Shown here one piece after another: positions 62,260 through 64,000 of a DNA stretch of 64,000 bases; the stretch's first letter is position 1; each line of letters starts with the position of its first letter. Position numbers and translations under genes: made by a program. The stretch comes from Schizochytrium sp. TIO01 (lineage: Eukaryota > Protista > Bigyra: Labyrinthulomycetes). Where the stretch lies: assembly GCA_004764695.1 (NCBI GenBank), contig SMSO01000031.1, positions 3,882,436 to 3,946,435 on the forward strand, written 5' to 3'. The notes under the pieces were generated by a model. That model was given only the letters and a program-made list of their open reading frames with translations, made no database searches and had not been told where the DNA came from.

Positions 62260-64000
62260 GAGGCTGTCCATGAAAAGATGATACATCGAAGGGTCAGTCT
62301 CAGACCTACAAATTACTTCTTCATTTTTTCACAATATCTTCTTATTAAATTACTACCTGCCTAGAAAGTATGCAAAATAAAATATAAGGTATAAAAAAAA
62401 CACACAAACAGGTATATCTTATTTCCTCATAAGCTTGAAAAACTTGCAAGTTTCATGATGTCCCATTTCACGCATGATTTAATTGTGATACTTGTAGCCT
62501 TGTAGTTTGATTGATCAAATTAGAGAGCATTTTCAAGTATCATATTGACATAAATACTTCTCTAAATTTGTTAGTATCCAAATTAGAATGAGGTTTTTCG
62601 CTGGTCTAGCAAAAAAGAAAGCTTCAAGAAGTAAACAATGACCAAGGCGTGTTTTAAAATTTTATTATTCAGTGCTTTTTACCTTATGCCAAATCATTAC
62701 GAGGGTCAAGAATGTATAAGTCTAACCAATGGTCTATGAGTCACACTGTATCCAGATAAACGGAAAATATTTGAGTCTTTGTGGCGTGAGTAATCTTAAT
62801 AGGTTTTAGTCAGAGCTGGCACCAAGACAAAGAAATGAGAGGCCTGAGAGGGGCATTTATTCACATTTTCTATTAAATAGCTTAGCTGTTTTCGATTGGA
62901 ACTACAATAATGGTATAGGTTTTGCTGTCAGAGACGTCAAAACTTTTGAAGGTAAATTCCTCGCCTTGTCCGCTTGTCAACATTTGTTGGTTGCATTTTG
63001 TCAACTAAATACAAAAACAAGAGTTTTAAGCATCCTATTCAAAATTACTCCTATTACTTGAGTATTTTAAATAGTTAGAGGCCCACTCTCAGTACAGGCT
63101 AATCTTCTTAATCTTAAACCTACATTCAGTTACATAGGTACCTGTTTTTAGTATCTAATATATACCAATTATAATAGGCCCATTGCGCAAACCATTAGAC
63201 CATTTGCCCATGTAGACGTCATCATTGTTCAGTAAGGAAAAATAAATATTAACATTAGCTTATACACTGTTTATACTGCTGTTAATATTACTAGTATATA
63301 TATATTTTTTCTTAATTTTTAAATCCCTCCCCCAAAGAATAAATAAACAAATTAATGTGACCTTATTTTTATAGACTTATTCATGTCAATGTTTCCGAAA
63401 CAGGGTAGATATGAACTACATCTATAGAAAAGTACCTGACCTGTTCCATCATGGTTTGCCTTCTTCTTCTCTACCATGGTCTATTCATGATGTCTTTTCA
63501 GAAATGGCATCAGAATGGCATTCTGTATTCATCATATTATGATGAACGAATATAGGAATAGACAATATAAATAATTCCTTTTTGACGCGAGCAACAAAAA
63601 AGGTCTGTATACACGAAAGACCAACATACTCTGCTTTCCATTAACCTATACAAAAATATTGGCCCTCTAGCTCAGTCAATGAAACAATCTAGCTGTCAGC
63701 TATATAGTTATAGCTGTTGGCAGACATGCATGCTCTAGAAACCACATTTTGAGCGCAGCTGAAAGATGTGACGCGTACTATAAGTATTTTTGTTCTCACT
63801 TTCTGCTGAGTCGAGATTTTTATTTATTTTTTTAAATCTTAAAATAAAACAAAATAAATATATAAATTAATTAAAACATTAAAACATGAGTTTTTTTCTC
63901 GCAAGATGTATGTAATTCAAAACAGAGTTTGTTTGTTGATTGACATCGCCGGAAGGAGCTAAGTAAGACAGGTTAAAGGTATACTTACGTTTTTATAATG

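Overview
Eukaryotic nuclear DNA: long, essentially intronless CDSs separated by AT-rich intergenic spacers. Gene content and style suggest a flagellate-stage stramenopile, plausibly a thraustochytrid (inference). There are 17 protein-coding genes: a SAP-plus-Nup153-motif gene running off the left edge (missed by the ORF track), dynein light intermediate chain, OXA1, TTC12-like, a coiled-coil protein, MRPL21, LpxC, VPS35L, a membrane SH3 protein, a 3803-aa ASH/Hydin-type Ig-repeat protein, LENG8/THP3-like, glutamine-dependent NAD+ synthetase, an IS630/Tc1-derived transposase-like gene, EF-hand LPCAT, PIG-A, MCU, a conserved unknown protein and a 1593-aa repeat-containing protein. A decayed mobile-element-like region lies at about 52-56 kb. 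The best candidate for an undescribed system is the gene at 20227-21831: a multipass FIT/PAP2-like lipid-enzyme domain fused to SH3 and a complete C-terminal WH2-Central-Acidic (WCA) module, i.e. a putative integral-membrane Arp2/3 activator. Other highlights are a DD50E transposase-like gene, a roughly 75-bp dispersed intergenic repeat family often in inverted pairs, a possible Cep192/Spd-2-like protein, and an upstream motif shared by the two ASH-domain genes. All family calls come from motif recognition by eye; no searches were run.
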